Source: Syntrophales bacterium
GTDB taxonomy: Bacteria; Desulfobacterota; Syntrophia; Syntrophales; PHBD01
NCBI GenBank assembly: GCA_963668175.1
Contig: OY764159.1
Location: 1,856,001 to 1,920,000, forward strand
Direction of reading: 5' to 3'
Length of the DNA: 64,000 nt
Below are positions 1-9,176 of this stretch, piece by piece. Within the stretch, counting starts at the first letter, position 1, and the number at the start of each line of letters is the position of its first letter. The notes beneath the pieces are model-generated. The model was not told where the DNA came from. It ran no database searches and saw only the letters and a list, made by a program, of their open reading frames with translations. A program made the translations under genes and the position numbers.

Positions 1-546
1 GGAATCGACGTGGGCGACATCGCCGAGCAGGCCGAACTTCTGGGGCTCGGTCAATCGCTGAACTACTCCGTCGAAAAGACGGAACTGCCGATGATGCTCG
101 TCGTCCTGCGTAAGGGCACGGCGGCCGCGCACTATGTCATGGGCGGCCCGACGGCCAACAACAACAACGCCTTCACCCTCGGCACGGCGGCGACGGAAAT
201 CAACGTCATGCACGGAGAGACGGCGGCGGCGGCAAGCTACGCCCGCCGGCTCGTGAAGGAGAAGGACGCGGGCCGTTCGCTGAAGCCGGTCATCGACAAG
301 ATGAACGAGATGGTGAAGCATTATCAGGACACCTCAAGGCCGTTCTTCTGCGCGAAGAAAGGTCTTGTGGACGAAGTCGTGAAGCTCGATGCTCTCCGGA
401 ACTACTTCGTCGCGTTCGCGAACTGCGCCTGGCAGAACCCGAAGTCGTTCTGCCCGCAGCACCACATGATTCTTCCCAGAATGATCCGGTCCCAGATCGT
501 TACGGGTTTGGCCCGTCCGAAAAAGGCCGATCTGAAGGTTGCGTAA
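1..546 (+). CDS. gcdA: Glutaconyl-CoA decarboxylase alpha (carboxyltransferase) subunit, C-terminal part, truncated by the window edge
   Basis: Frame is open from position 1. Motifs GIDVGD.AE.AELLGLGQSL, LRKGTAAAHYVMGGP and EINVMHGETAA are typical of GcdA. Beta and biotin-carrier subunit genes follow. Confidence 0.85.
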   Translation, partial: GIDVGDIAEQAELLGLGQSLNYSVEKTELPMMLVVLRKGTAAAHYVMGGPTANNNNAFTLGTAATEINVMHGETAAAASYARRLVKEKDAGRSLKPVIDKMNEMVKHYQDTSRPFFCAKKGLVDEVVKLDALRNYFVAFANCAWQNPKSFCPQHHMILPRMIRSQIVTGLARPKKADLKVA

Positions 547-555
547 TATAAAAAA

Positions 556-577
556 GCCGGCGGCTGCGGCCGCCGGC
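556..577. terminator. Intra-operon GC-rich hairpin
   Basis: GCCGGCGGC-tgcg-GCCGCCGGC, a perfect 9-bp stem preceded by an A-run and followed by CATTTA. Confidence 0.55.
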
Positions 578-610
578 CATTTATAACCATAACAATTGAG
601 GAGGAGAGAA

Positions 611-796
611 ATGAACGTAGCATCGACCATGGGGCCCGTTCAGGTGGCGGCCCTGACGTATTTGATTTGCACGGTCATAGCGCTTGGCGTGGCGGGAGTC
701 ATCCAGGTGATGTTCAACATAATGCAGGCCAGGAAAAAGAGAGCGGCGCAAGCCACTGCGGCAATGGTGCAGGGCAATACCGCCGCAAAAGCGTGA
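611..796 (+). CDS. Small single-TM protein, probable delta (OadG/GcdD-like) anchor subunit
   Basis: GAGGAG RBS before ATG 611. One hydrophobic helix followed by a basic, Ala-rich tail. Lies between the alpha and beta subunit genes. Confidence 0.65.
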   Translation: MNVASTMGPVQVAALTYLICTVIALGVAGVIQVMFNIMQARKKRAAQATAAMVQGNTAAKA

Positions 797-828
797 CCGG
801 CCCGCCAGAGTCCAGAAAGGAAGAGTAA

Positions 829-2037
829 TTGAACATGCACGATATTTTAACCTTTTTCCAGGGTGTTGCGACAATGGTGGAAGGGGATCCGACGATTGCC
901 ATCGGCCGGATCGTCCTGATCGCCATCGGCATTGCCTTTGTGTTCCTGGGCGCCAAAGAGACCCTCGAACCCCTGATCATGATCCCCATGGGCGTGGGAA
1001 TGGCGGCCGTCAATGCGTCGGTGCTGTATATGTCCGCAACCACCATGGGCACGATCTTTATCGATCCCATGGCGAGCGATCCGGCGCAGTTGATGAACAT
1101 TCTCCAGATCGACTTTCTGCAGCCCATTTATACCTTTACCTTCAGCAACGGTCTGATCGCGTGCCTGGTGTTCATGGGCATCGGCGTCATCACCGACATC
1201 GGGTACATCCTGATGGCGCCCTTCAGCAGCATGATCATTGCGATCTTCGCCGAACTGGGCACCGTTGCAACGTTCCCCATCGCCGTCTGGATGGGGTTGA
1301 CCTACAAGGAAGCGGCTTCGATCGCCATCGTCGGCGGCGCGGACGGTCCCATGGTCCTCTTCACATCCCTCATGCTGGCGAAGGACCTGTTCGTACCTAT
1401 CACGATCGTCGCATACCTCTATCTGAGCCTGACGTACGGCGGGTATCCCTATCTCATCAAGCTGCTTGTTCCGGAACGTCTCCGGGGCATCAGGATGGAT
1501 CTGAAGAATCTGCCGACGAACATCACCCCGATGGAGAAGATAGGCTTTTCCATCATCACCTGCACCATTCTCTGCCTTCTGTTCCCGGTCGCAGGTCCGT
1601 TGTTCATGTCCTTCTTCGTCGGCGTGATCATCAAGGAATCGGGCGTCAAGCACTACATCGATCTTATCAGCGGACCGATCCTGTATTCGTCCACGTTCTT
1701 CCTGGGGCTTGTCCTCGGCGTCCTCTGCGAGGCCAATACGATCCTGAACCCCAAGGTCCTGATCCTGCTGGTGCTGGGAATCCTGGCCCTCTTGATCTCG
1801 GGCATCGGCGGCATCATCGGCGGCTATGTCATGTACTTCGTCACGAAGGGCAAATTCAACCCCGTGGTGGGCATCGCCGGCGTGTCCTGCGTTCCCACGA
1901 CCGCGAAGGTTGCACAGAAGGAAATTGCCAAGATCAACCGGTTCGCCATGGTCCTTCCCTATGCCATGGGCGCTAATATCTCGGGTGTCATTACCTCGGC
2001 GATCCTTGCCGGCATTTATGTGACGTTGCTGAAATGA
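829..2037 (+). CDS. gcdB: Na+-translocating decarboxylase beta subunit (OadB/GcdB family)
   Basis: Polytopic membrane protein with IAIVGGADGP, AYLYLSL, GVSCVPTTAK and AMGANISGVITSA. Start is TTG 829 or ATG 835. Confidence 0.92.
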   Translation: MNMHDILTFFQGVATMVEGDPTIAIGRIVLIAIGIAFVFLGAKETLEPLIMIPMGVGMAAVNASVLYMSATTMGTIFIDPMASDPAQLMNILQIDFLQPIYTFTFSNGLIACLVFMGIGVITDIGYILMAPFSSMIIAIFAELGTVATFPIAVWMGLTYKEAASIAIVGGADGPMVLFTSLMLAKDLFVPITIVAYLYLSLTYGGYPYLIKLLVPERLRGIRMDLKNLPTNITPMEKIGFSIITCTILCLLFPVAGPLFMSFFVGVIIKESGVKHYIDLISGPILYSSTFFLGLVLGVLCEANTILNPKVLILLVLGILALLISGIGGIIGGYVMYFVTKGKFNPVVGIAGVSCVPTTAKVAQKEIAKINRFAMVLPYAMGANISGVITSAILAGIYVTLLK

Positions 2038-2231
2038 ACGGAATAAAGAAAAACAAGTTGTACTGGGTTCTGGGAACGGCCGTCGCCCTCGTCGGGGTGG
2101 CCGCCGTTCGCCTCGTCGCACCGGAACTGAACGGAATGAATCAAAAAGTGCTCGTATGCCTGGGCTATTTCGTTTCGCTCTCAGGCATCGTCGTCGTCGC
2201 CTACGGTGCGAACGGCGGGAGAAAGAACTGA
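2034..2231 (+). CDS. 65-aa two-TM hypothetical protein
   Basis: ATGA overlap with the gcdB stop codon; two hydrophobic helices. Confidence 0.65.
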   Translation: MNGIKKNKLYWVLGTAVALVGVAAVRLVAPELNGMNQKVLVCLGYFVSLSGIVVVAYGANGGRKN

Positions 2232-2336
2232 AACGTCCGGAAATCGGTGCCTCCGGAAAGGCGCCGCCTACGGGGTTTCGATATGCGGAGCAAAAACCCA
2301 ACAGTCAATACAAAAGCAATATTTGGAGGTTAGAAC

Positions 2337-2552
2337 ATGGCTACAGAAGTATTTTCACCCATTGAAGGTAAAGTTTTGAAGATCACCGTGAAACCGGGAG
2401 ATCAGGTTCAGGTCGAAGATCAGCTGTTCATTCTCGAGGCCTTTAAGATGGAGAATCCCATCTGCGCCGAGCAGGCGGGAGTCGTCAAGGAGATCAAGGT
2501 CAAAGAGAACGATATGGTCAAGGCCGAACAAGTCGTTCTGGTTCTCGAATAA
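2337..2552 (+). CDS. gcdC: Biotin carboxyl carrier (gamma subunit), stand-alone biotinyl domain
   Basis: SPIEGKV...LEAFKMENPI...GVVKEI matches the biotinyl-domain pattern; GGAGG RBS. Confidence 0.85.
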   Translation: MATEVFSPIEGKVLKITVKPGDQVQVEDQLFILEAFKMENPICAEQAGVVKEIKVKENDMVKAEQVVLVLE

Positions 2553-2739
2553 CAGGCGGATAACAGATTCATTTTTTGTCGTTTCGAAGGGATGAATCGG
2601 CGGAATAAGGAGGGGGGCAATCCATGATGCCGAATCCGTGCGGACACGCGGGAGAGTCTGTGCCGAAAAAGGCGGGAATGCCCTGATAAAGTCAATGTAG
2701 ACAGTAACAGCAGCAGAGAAAGGAGAGGGGAGTGCGTCT

Positions 2740-4143
2740 ATGTCTCAACAATTAATCATCATTATACTCTATATCCTGGCGACAGTCGCAATCGGAGTCT
2801 GGTCGATGACGAGAACGAAGGGATCGGATTCCTTTCACGGCGCGGGGCTGGGAGTTCTGGCCACGGTCGCCGCGGGAACGGGCGAATGGCTGGGCGGCAC
2901 GTCCACGATCGGCGTGGCGCAGTATGGTTTCACGTCCGGCTTGTCAGGTTCGTGGTATACGATATCGAACGGTATCGGCATCATGTTCCTGGCCATGTTC
3001 TTCGCGAAAAAATACCGCAGCTTGGAACAGATCACGGTCCCGGGCCTGATTGAGCAGTTCATCGGCGGAAAATCGCCCCGGGTGGTCGCCGCCGTCATTC
3101 TGACCTTCGTCATGATCGTCGTCGGGGCGGCGCAGATCATCGCCGCCGGGTCGCTGGGCGTTACCGTTCTTGGTATTCCCTATGATATATCCTGTATCAT
3201 CCTGGGCATCGCCTTTATCGTCTATACGCTGGCCGGCGGCATGAACGCCGTGGCTTCCACCAATGTCCTGCACCTCATCGCCATGTACGGCGGTATCGTC
3301 GTTGCACTTATCATGCTGCGGTCGGACCTGGGCGGTTCTTTCGATCCGCTTTACACAGCCCTGCCGGCGTTCCCATACTGGAGCTGGTTCGGCATCGGCG
3401 TGCCCAAGGTCACGTCGTGGATCATCGCTTCGATCCTCGGCGCATGTACGGCCCAGGCGGGCATTCAGCCCATCCTGGCGGCCAAGGACGTGAATGTTGC
3501 GAAAACGGGCGCTATCCTGACGGCCTGTCTGGTTGCGCCTTTCGGCATCTTCACATGCATCCTGGGTATGGCGGCGAAGGTCAAGTATCCGGCCATCAAG
3601 GCCAGTCTGGCCATGCCGACCATGCTGATGAACATGGACCCCATCGCCGGCGGCATAGTGCTGGCTTCGATCCTGGCGGCCGTCCTCTCGACGATCTCCC
3701 CGATCATTCTGGCGGCCGGAACCATGGTCACCAAGGACATCTATCAGCGCGTCCTCAAACCGGATGCGACCGACAAGCAGATTATGTTCACCTCGCGCAC
3801 CCTGACGGCCATCGCCGGCGTGCTGACCATCGTCATCGCCATGATCCCCAACATTAAAATTCTCGACATGGTCTATTTCGCCTATACGATGCGCGGTTCC
3901 ATCTTCGTCATCATTCTCTTCGCCATCTACTGGAATAAAACGTCGCAGAAGGGTGCCGTCTGGGCCATGGTCGCCACGGCGATCGCGGGATTCGGATGGG
4001 TCGCCTACCGGGCGAAATTCGGGACGTTCCCGATCCATGAAGAATTCAACGAGACCTATATTTCGCTCATCGTGGCGACCGTCTTCACGCCTCTGTTGAG
4101 CATGGTATTCACCAAAAAGGCTACGGATGAGAAGCCGAGTTAG
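2740..4143 (+). CDS. Sodium:solute symporter (SSS) family transporter
   Basis: 467 aa, multi-TM; GEWLGGTSTIG, YTLAGGMNAVASTN, LAAVLST and KDIY are SSS motifs. Confidence 0.9.
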   Translation: MSQQLIIIILYILATVAIGVWSMTRTKGSDSFHGAGLGVLATVAAGTGEWLGGTSTIGVAQYGFTSGLSGSWYTISNGIGIMFLAMFFAKKYRSLEQITVPGLIEQFIGGKSPRVVAAVILTFVMIVVGAAQIIAAGSLGVTVLGIPYDISCIILGIAFIVYTLAGGMNAVASTNVLHLIAMYGGIVVALIMLRSDLGGSFDPLYTALPAFPYWSWFGIGVPKVTSWIIASILGACTAQAGIQPILAAKDVNVAKTGAILTACLVAPFGIFTCILGMAAKVKYPAIKASLAMPTMLMNMDPIAGGIVLASILAAVLSTISPIILAAGTMVTKDIYQRVLKPDATDKQIMFTSRTLTAIAGVLTIVIAMIPNIKILDMVYFAYTMRGSIFVIILFAIYWNKTSQKGAVWAMVATAIAGFGWVAYRAKFGTFPIHEEFNETYISLIVATVFTPLLSMVFTKKATDEKPS

Positions 4144-4157
4144 CTTTTAAACCATAC

Positions 4158-4236
4158 ATGAACCCCGGGGGATGGCAATGGCTTTCGGGGTTCATCAAGA
4201 GAGGCAGGGGCGAGGCGAAAACCCCGCCCCTGTCTC
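4158..4236 (+). terminator. Two tandem hairpins ending the gcd/SSS operon
   Basis: ATGAACCCCG/CGGGGTTCAT (4158-4195) and GAGGCAGGGGCG/CGCCCCTGTCTC (4201-4236). Confidence 0.55.
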
Positions 4237-4324
4237 CTCCTCATTGCTTCCCGGAAGGGAATTTAAAGAGAAATATGGTATAATAGATCGAACCGGGTCG
4301 TCGTCGGAGAAGGAGGACGCTTCC

Positions 4325-4870
4325 ATGATACGGTCAAGAATCATATGGGCGGTAATCGTCGTTGCGGCGGCGGTATTGCTCCAGGCATGCACGAAGATCG
4401 AAGACGACCGTCCCACGATGGAGCGCGTCAAGATGAGCACCGAGTACCTCGATGTGCTCGGCAAGTACAACTCCGTTGCCCGGGAGTTCAGCCGGGCCGT
4501 AAAGCCCATGCAGGAAACCGAGAAGCGCATGGACGCGGCGTTCGACCAGGAATACTGGAATAAGTACGACGGCCAGTGGAAGAAAACCGTGGAGGCGATG
4601 AACGATCTCAAGGCTTATTCGTACCGCTTCGAACCTTTCAAGGAGATGAAACCGGATTTCGAGAAGTTCTTCGCCAGGATAGGGCAATACAACGACATCG
4701 TGGAGAGGATGCGCAAAGACAACGCGCCGTGGACGCCGGAGAGGAAAACCCGGTTCTATGCTGCCCTGGACCCCGTCTATGCCGACATTTTTCAGCAGAG
4801 CAAAGACATTACGCAAAAAATTGACGAAATCTACAACCGGGTCTTCGTCGTCGGAGAAAAAAAGCAATGA
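4325..4870 (+). CDS. Hypothetical helical lipoprotein
   Basis: AGGAGG RBS, ATG 4325, signal peptide ending LLQAC (lipobox-like), then an amphipathic helical body. Confidence 0.7.
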   Translation: MIRSRIIWAVIVVAAAVLLQACTKIEDDRPTMERVKMSTEYLDVLGKYNSVAREFSRAVKPMQETEKRMDAAFDQEYWNKYDGQWKKTVEAMNDLKAYSYRFEPFKEMKPDFEKFFARIGQYNDIVERMRKDNAPWTPERKTRFYAALDPVYADIFQQSKDITQKIDEIYNRVFVVGEKKQ

Positions 4871-5381
4871 CGACGGGAAACCCGTTTATATAGGTGCCTG
4901 AGTAGTTCCACCACGACCTGCAGCCGCAGCTTCCCTTTCTGCGGCTGCAGGAAGGCATCGCCTGGGGGGGGGAGAATTATCGTCGATATCGACGTCTGTT
5001 TTTTAATCACCAAAACCCAGCCTCTTTCGACGAGGAATGCATTATTCCTTGTCCATCCCTTCATGTCGCCGGAAGGCCTTTCAACCGCCGGACAGCGGAG
5101 GAAAGGACCTTCCGGCCGACATGCCAGACCCCGGAGCCGATCCGGTACGGATTTCATAAGTACGCGCTCACCGTCAAGGCCGGTTCCCCGACAATAACGT
5201 CGCGGGAGAAGACAAAAACGTAACACCTGAAACACCCCGATTTTAGTCGAATATCGGGAACATTTCCCGGCAGGGATCGACATTTTTATCCCCTTCGGGT
5301 CATCCATCCCAACCGTTGCCGATTGTCCCAAACATCGATATATCGTAATCATTACAGTATGTTTATTATATTGTGAGCAAC

Positions 5382-5397
5382 TGGCACGCTATTTGAA
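5382..5397 (+). promoter_or_regulatory. sigma54 (-24/-12) promoter candidate
   Basis: TGGCACG-CTAT-TTGAA versus consensus TGGCACG-N4-TTGCW, with an AT-rich stretch upstream. Confidence 0.6.
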
Positions 5398-5407
5398 ATA
5401 TAGAAGA

Positions 5408-5542
5408 CAACTCCTTGATTAACCCACTGGGCGAGGTTAATGGATGTAGAACGAAGCCAATTTCAACCCTTAAACCCCTAACTTCTTCAGCACCGGGAGG
5501 CCCTAAAGGCCTCCCGGACCTCCTCCATCAAAAACCCTTTTT
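5408..5542 (+). ncRNA. Candidate sigma54-dependent small RNA
   Basis: Downstream of the sigma54 motif with no credible ORF. Contains a TTAACC/GGTTAA hairpin, a C/U-rich single-stranded part, a perfect 10-bp stem CCGGGAGGCC/GGCCTCCCGG (5493-5517) and then a U-run. Confidence 0.4.
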
Positions 5543-5981
5543 GCGCTGTGCCGGGTATTCTATGGAGGGCGGCGGCGACTCCGCAATATCCGCTTGACTC
5601 GCACATTCATGTATTGTACTCACATACCATTCATATTGCACTTCATGCTCGCGGGAGCCGCCGACTCTCCCCTTTCCGGCCGTCTGTACCGGCGACAATT
5701 TCTCGTTTTTTCTGTAAGGATTTCAAACCCTGTCTGCTCGTCTTCCTGAAGAGATATTCAAGAGGGATGGGATACGCGTATGGGGGAAGCGGAAGAAATG
5801 CGGGAACGGAGACGTCGTATAAGCCGGATGATGGTCTGTCCGGCTGCAAAGACGCCATAGGGGAGGGGCGAAGGCGCAGCCGCGACCGCGCCGTTCGCAG
5901 CAGGGCCGGGAAGGCGAATGGGCGGCGGGACCGGCGCCGGCATGCAAAACAGACGGTCTACTGACGAAAGGGGGATGCGTT

Positions 5982-6557
5982 ATGGTCACCGAATACGAGA
6001 TAGACGGCCTCAAACTGAAAACAGGCGATTTGATCTGCACTTCCGACGGCGGTGCCGGCAGCATCGACGGCCAGTTCTGGCGATTGGTCGGAAAACTGAT
6101 TCCCGGCGACGTCGACCACATCGTCGTTTACGTGGGGCCCGACGGGCGCTGCGTGGAGGCGGGCGCCAAGGGAAAAGTGGTCTTTTTCAATATCCGGAAT
6201 AATCGCTGGAATGCCATCTGCATGAGAGACGAAAGGGGACCGCTGATCGACAGGTTCTACGGCATCGCCTATCCTCTCGCGGAAAGGACATGGGCCGAGG
6301 GGGAAGAGGAGGCCGTCCGAAGCAAGGTGGCCGCCTATTGCATCGAACAGGCCGAACGGCAGAAACCGTATAATCTCAACTTTCTCGATTCCGCGACGGA
6401 CAGCGCCTTCTACTGTAGCCAGCTGGCCTATAAGGCGTATCTCGGCGTCGGCATCGACCTCAATACCAACAAGAGCATCCCCCATATTCCGGGGACCGAA
6501 TCCATCGTTTTTCCGCAGGAGATTTGGGAAGGGTGCAGCCACTTGAGTGTTGCCTGA
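5982..6557 (+). CDS. YiiX/YebB-like permuted papain-like (NlpC/P60) cysteine hydrolase
   Basis: LKTGDLI, H in DVDHIVVY, VEA, PY and FYCSQL, with His preceding Cys as in the permuted order. Confidence 0.85.
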   Translation: MVTEYEIDGLKLKTGDLICTSDGGAGSIDGQFWRLVGKLIPGDVDHIVVYVGPDGRCVEAGAKGKVVFFNIRNNRWNAICMRDERGPLIDRFYGIAYPLAERTWAEGEEEAVRSKVAAYCIEQAERQKPYNLNFLDSATDSAFYCSQLAYKAYLGVGIDLNTNKSIPHIPGTESIVFPQEIWEGCSHLSVA

Positions 6558-6623
6558 GCCTCGTGGCAGGCGGAGCGCATCCGGCGGGTATGCCGGACGG
6601 AAGGCTTGCGGACGGCGTGCCGT

Positions 6624-7769
6624 TCACTGCTTGAGGAGACGCTGGAAATTGACGTCGGCGCCCAACACCCCGATCGTTCTTCCCTGGGAATCGCGCAGGG
6701 CCGCGGCCACGGTGAAGCAGAAGTCCCCCGTGGCGGCCGACCGGTAGATGTCCGTGGAACAAACGCCTTCTTTACGGACGGCTTCGAGATACCAGGGGCG
6801 CCGGGACCAATCGCGCCCGTAACCCGCCGGATCGTGAATGATCCGGCCGTCGCCGCGGCAGATGTTGTCCACAAGCTGGCGGCCCTTACCGTCCGTCAAA
6901 TAAACGAGTTCGAACGACGGATGCTGGTTCAGCCACCGCTCCAGAACCGCTTCGCAGCGCTCCCGGCTGCCCGCGGAATCCCTGAGACCGTCGAGCGCCG
7001 AGGCGACTTCCCGTTCGGCCTGCGTGTGGGCCAGGAAGCGGAACGTTCCCAGGGAGAGCAGCAGATCCTCCGTAAGCTTGATCATTTGGCCGCTCATCTC
7101 GCACATGGACCCGGCCCCTTTCCTCTGCGTTTCGGCGGACTCCGCCATGCCGTGCGCTTCCCTGTTGACATGCTCGACGATACCGGTTTTTTCCTTATCG
7201 GCCGATCCCTCGCGGCCCGACATCCCGGAGACCTTCGCGATGCCGGCCCGCATGTCGCAGATGCTGGTTTCGATCCGCTGCGTCGTGCCGCCGGTGCGGT
7301 CGGCCAGGCGCTGCACCTCCTCCACGACGACGTTGAAAGCCCTGCCCTGTTCGCCGGCGCGCGCCGCCTCGATACTGGCGTTGATCGAGATGATGCGGGT
7401 ATGTTCCGCAATCTGGGATACGGTCGCCAGGGCGTCCTCCACTTTCCCGGAAGAGGAGCGCAGCTCCGCCACGGACACTTCGAGAGCGTCGGCCAGAGAC
7501 GCCATCATGGCGGCGATTTGACCGGCCCTCCGGGCCTGGACCGTAGCCCGCTCCTCGATTTCCGCCGCCATTTGAGAGAGCTGCGGTCCCAGGGCCGCCA
7601 GGCGGACGGACAGGACGGCGATGCGGTCGAGCCGTTTCGATGTTTCGCGTTCCGGGCGGGAAGCCGCGCCGGCCGCGGGTGCGGATGCGGCCGGTTTCGG
7701 TGGACCCTGTTCTTCCAGCATGCTGCCGCTGAAGAGCCTTTTTCGGTATCTCCTGATGAGTGCATTCAT
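6624..7769 (-). CDS. Soluble methyl-accepting chemotaxis-like protein with a C-terminal Cache/PDC-like sensor domain
   Basis: Signalling hairpin ISINASIEAARAGEQGRAFNVVVEEVQRLA; C-terminal ELVYLTD..G, DWSRRPWY, STDIYRS, CFTVA and GVLGADV; no TM segment. Confidence 0.8.
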   Translation of the reverse strand: MNALIRRYRKRLFSGSMLEEQGPPKPAASAPAAGAASRPERETSKRLDRIAVLSVRLAALGPQLSQMAAEIEERATVQARRAGQIAAMMASLADALEVSVAELRSSSGKVEDALATVSQIAEHTRIISINASIEAARAGEQGRAFNVVVEEVQRLADRTGGTTQRIETSICDMRAGIAKVSGMSGREGSADKEKTGIVEHVNREAHGMAESAETQRKGAGSMCEMSGQMIKLTEDLLLSLGTFRFLAHTQAEREVASALDGLRDSAGSRERCEAVLERWLNQHPSFELVYLTDGKGRQLVDNICRGDGRIIHDPAGYGRDWSRRPWYLEAVRKEGVCSTDIYRSAATGDFCFTVAAALRDSQGRTIGVLGADVNFQRLLKQ

Positions 7770-8070
7770 GAACGCCGATGTCCTGGAGAGGTGATTGCCC
7801 GTGCATAGAACAAGAATCGTGCCAAAGATGAGGGGAAAGAATTACGATAAAGCGATGCAATTACAGATAGATATGGGACGCGTATCTCCCGGCGGAATCG
7901 CAGGAAGTGACATTATCGTTCCATCGGGCGGAAAACGGTTCAAAATAGGGAAATCCCGGAGGCGCCTCCGTGAAGCCTTTCCGGGTTCTCCGCCGAAGCA
8001 GGACCGCCGGCCCGCGCCGCTTGTCGAAAAACGCGATTTTCAGCACCCCGATGCGGGGGGGCACGGCCTG

Positions 8071-8982
8071 CTAGAACTCGGCTCCTCGGGAGAGGGTCCT
8101 GCGGGCTTCGTGGCTGATGGCGGCGGCCGCCGGGTGCACCAGCTTCCTTTCCACGGTGACCGCGTAGAAGCGCTGGCGCACGTCCTTGATCCTGCCTACG
8201 GTTTCCACCCGGTATTGGCGCTTCACGTCATCGATGATGGGGGAAGGGGTCGGAAAAAGGCCCATGCCCCGCTGCCCGAAGACGTTGAGGAGCGCCGTGT
8301 CGTCGAACTCTCCCGCAATCTGGGGCCGGATGTCGTTTTCCCTGAACCAGTGGTCGAGGGCGCGCCGGAGGGCCGTGGTCTCGCCCGGGAGGATCGTCGG
8401 GGCGCCGTCGAGGGAGGCGGGGAAGTTCTTCCGGAAACGGGCCGCCAGGTCTTTCCTCGCCATGAAGACGATGTCGCATTCGCCCAGGAGATGGTTGAAG
8501 GCCTTCACCTTGATGTGGGAACTGGCCGGGGCGTCCATGATGATTACGTCGAGCTCGTGCAGGGCCAGTTCGGCCAGCAGGCGTTCGGGCTTGTCCTCCC
8601 GGCAGACCAGGCGGATGGGGAAGGGGAGGCGGAAGGCCGGTTCGATCAGGTCGCAGGCGATCTGCTTGGGGACGACGTCGGCGACCCCGACGGTTACGCG
8701 CAGGGGCATCCCCCGGGGGCGGTCGTTCAGCGTGTCCTGCAATTCCCTCCCCAGTTTGAAGATTTCGTCGGCGTAGCGGTAGACCATGCGTCCCGTATCC
8801 GAGAGCATGAGCCGCCGGCCGCTCTTCACGAAGAGCTTCTGGTCGAGGGTATTCTCCAGGGCCCTGATCTGGCCGCTGATGGCGGATTGCGACAGATTCA
8901 GAGCGGCGCTGGCCCGCGCCAGGCTCCCTTCGCGCGCCACGGTCCAGAAATAGAGGAGGTGGTGGTAGTTCAGCCATTCCAT
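8071..8982 (-). CDS. nhaR: LysR-family transcriptional activator NhaR
   Basis: N-terminus MEWLNYHHLLYFWTVAREGS, plus VGVADVVPK, GEFDDTALL and ERKLVHPA. Confidence 0.88.
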   Translation of the reverse strand: MEWLNYHHLLYFWTVAREGSLARASAALNLSQSAISGQIRALENTLDQKLFVKSGRRLMLSDTGRMVYRYADEIFKLGRELQDTLNDRPRGMPLRVTVGVADVVPKQIACDLIEPAFRLPFPIRLVCREDKPERLLAELALHELDVIIMDAPASSHIKVKAFNHLLGECDIVFMARKDLAARFRKNFPASLDGAPTILPGETTALRRALDHWFRENDIRPQIAGEFDDTALLNVFGQRGMGLFPTPSPIIDDVKRQYRVETVGRIKDVRQRFYAVTVERKLVHPAAAAISHEARRTLSRGAEF

Positions 8983-8988
8983 GGATGG

Positions 8989-9017
8989 ACTATACTTCCA
9001 GTAAATGGAAGTGTCAA
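8989..9017 (-). promoter_or_regulatory. sigma70 promoter of nhaR with an LTTR operator in its spacer
   Basis: Minus strand reads TTGACA-N17-TATAGT. The spacer carries the inverted repeat ACTTCCA-gtaaa-TGGAAGT (T-N11-A core). The -10 element ends 6 nt before the ATG. Confidence 0.75.
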
Positions 9018-9059
9018 TACCAAATTACGTTATTGTGGAAATATGTGAAATCCGCTACC

Positions 9060-9176
9060 GTGCATGTCACGGGAAGAAGCCATTCAGACTCCCTTTCTCA
9101 CTTCCCGTCTCCGGACGTCGCTGCCGGCGTCCGGAGTCTCCCGAAACAACGACATGTGCCGTCCGGCAGCGGACGG
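9060..9176 (+). promoter_or_regulatory. Structured 5' leader of htpX-terC
   Basis: P1 CATGTC/GACATG (9063-9068 with 9151-9156) encloses ACGGGAAG/CTTCCCGT and CTCCGGACG/CGTCCGGAG. A further hairpin CCGTCCG/CGGACGG lies just before the RBS. Confidence 0.4.

Noticed and set aside
4831..5964. Short ORFs in the 4.9-6.0 kb gap
   Set aside because: They have no convincing RBS, atypical composition and mutual overlaps, so the region is treated as non-coding. A microprotein cannot be excluded.
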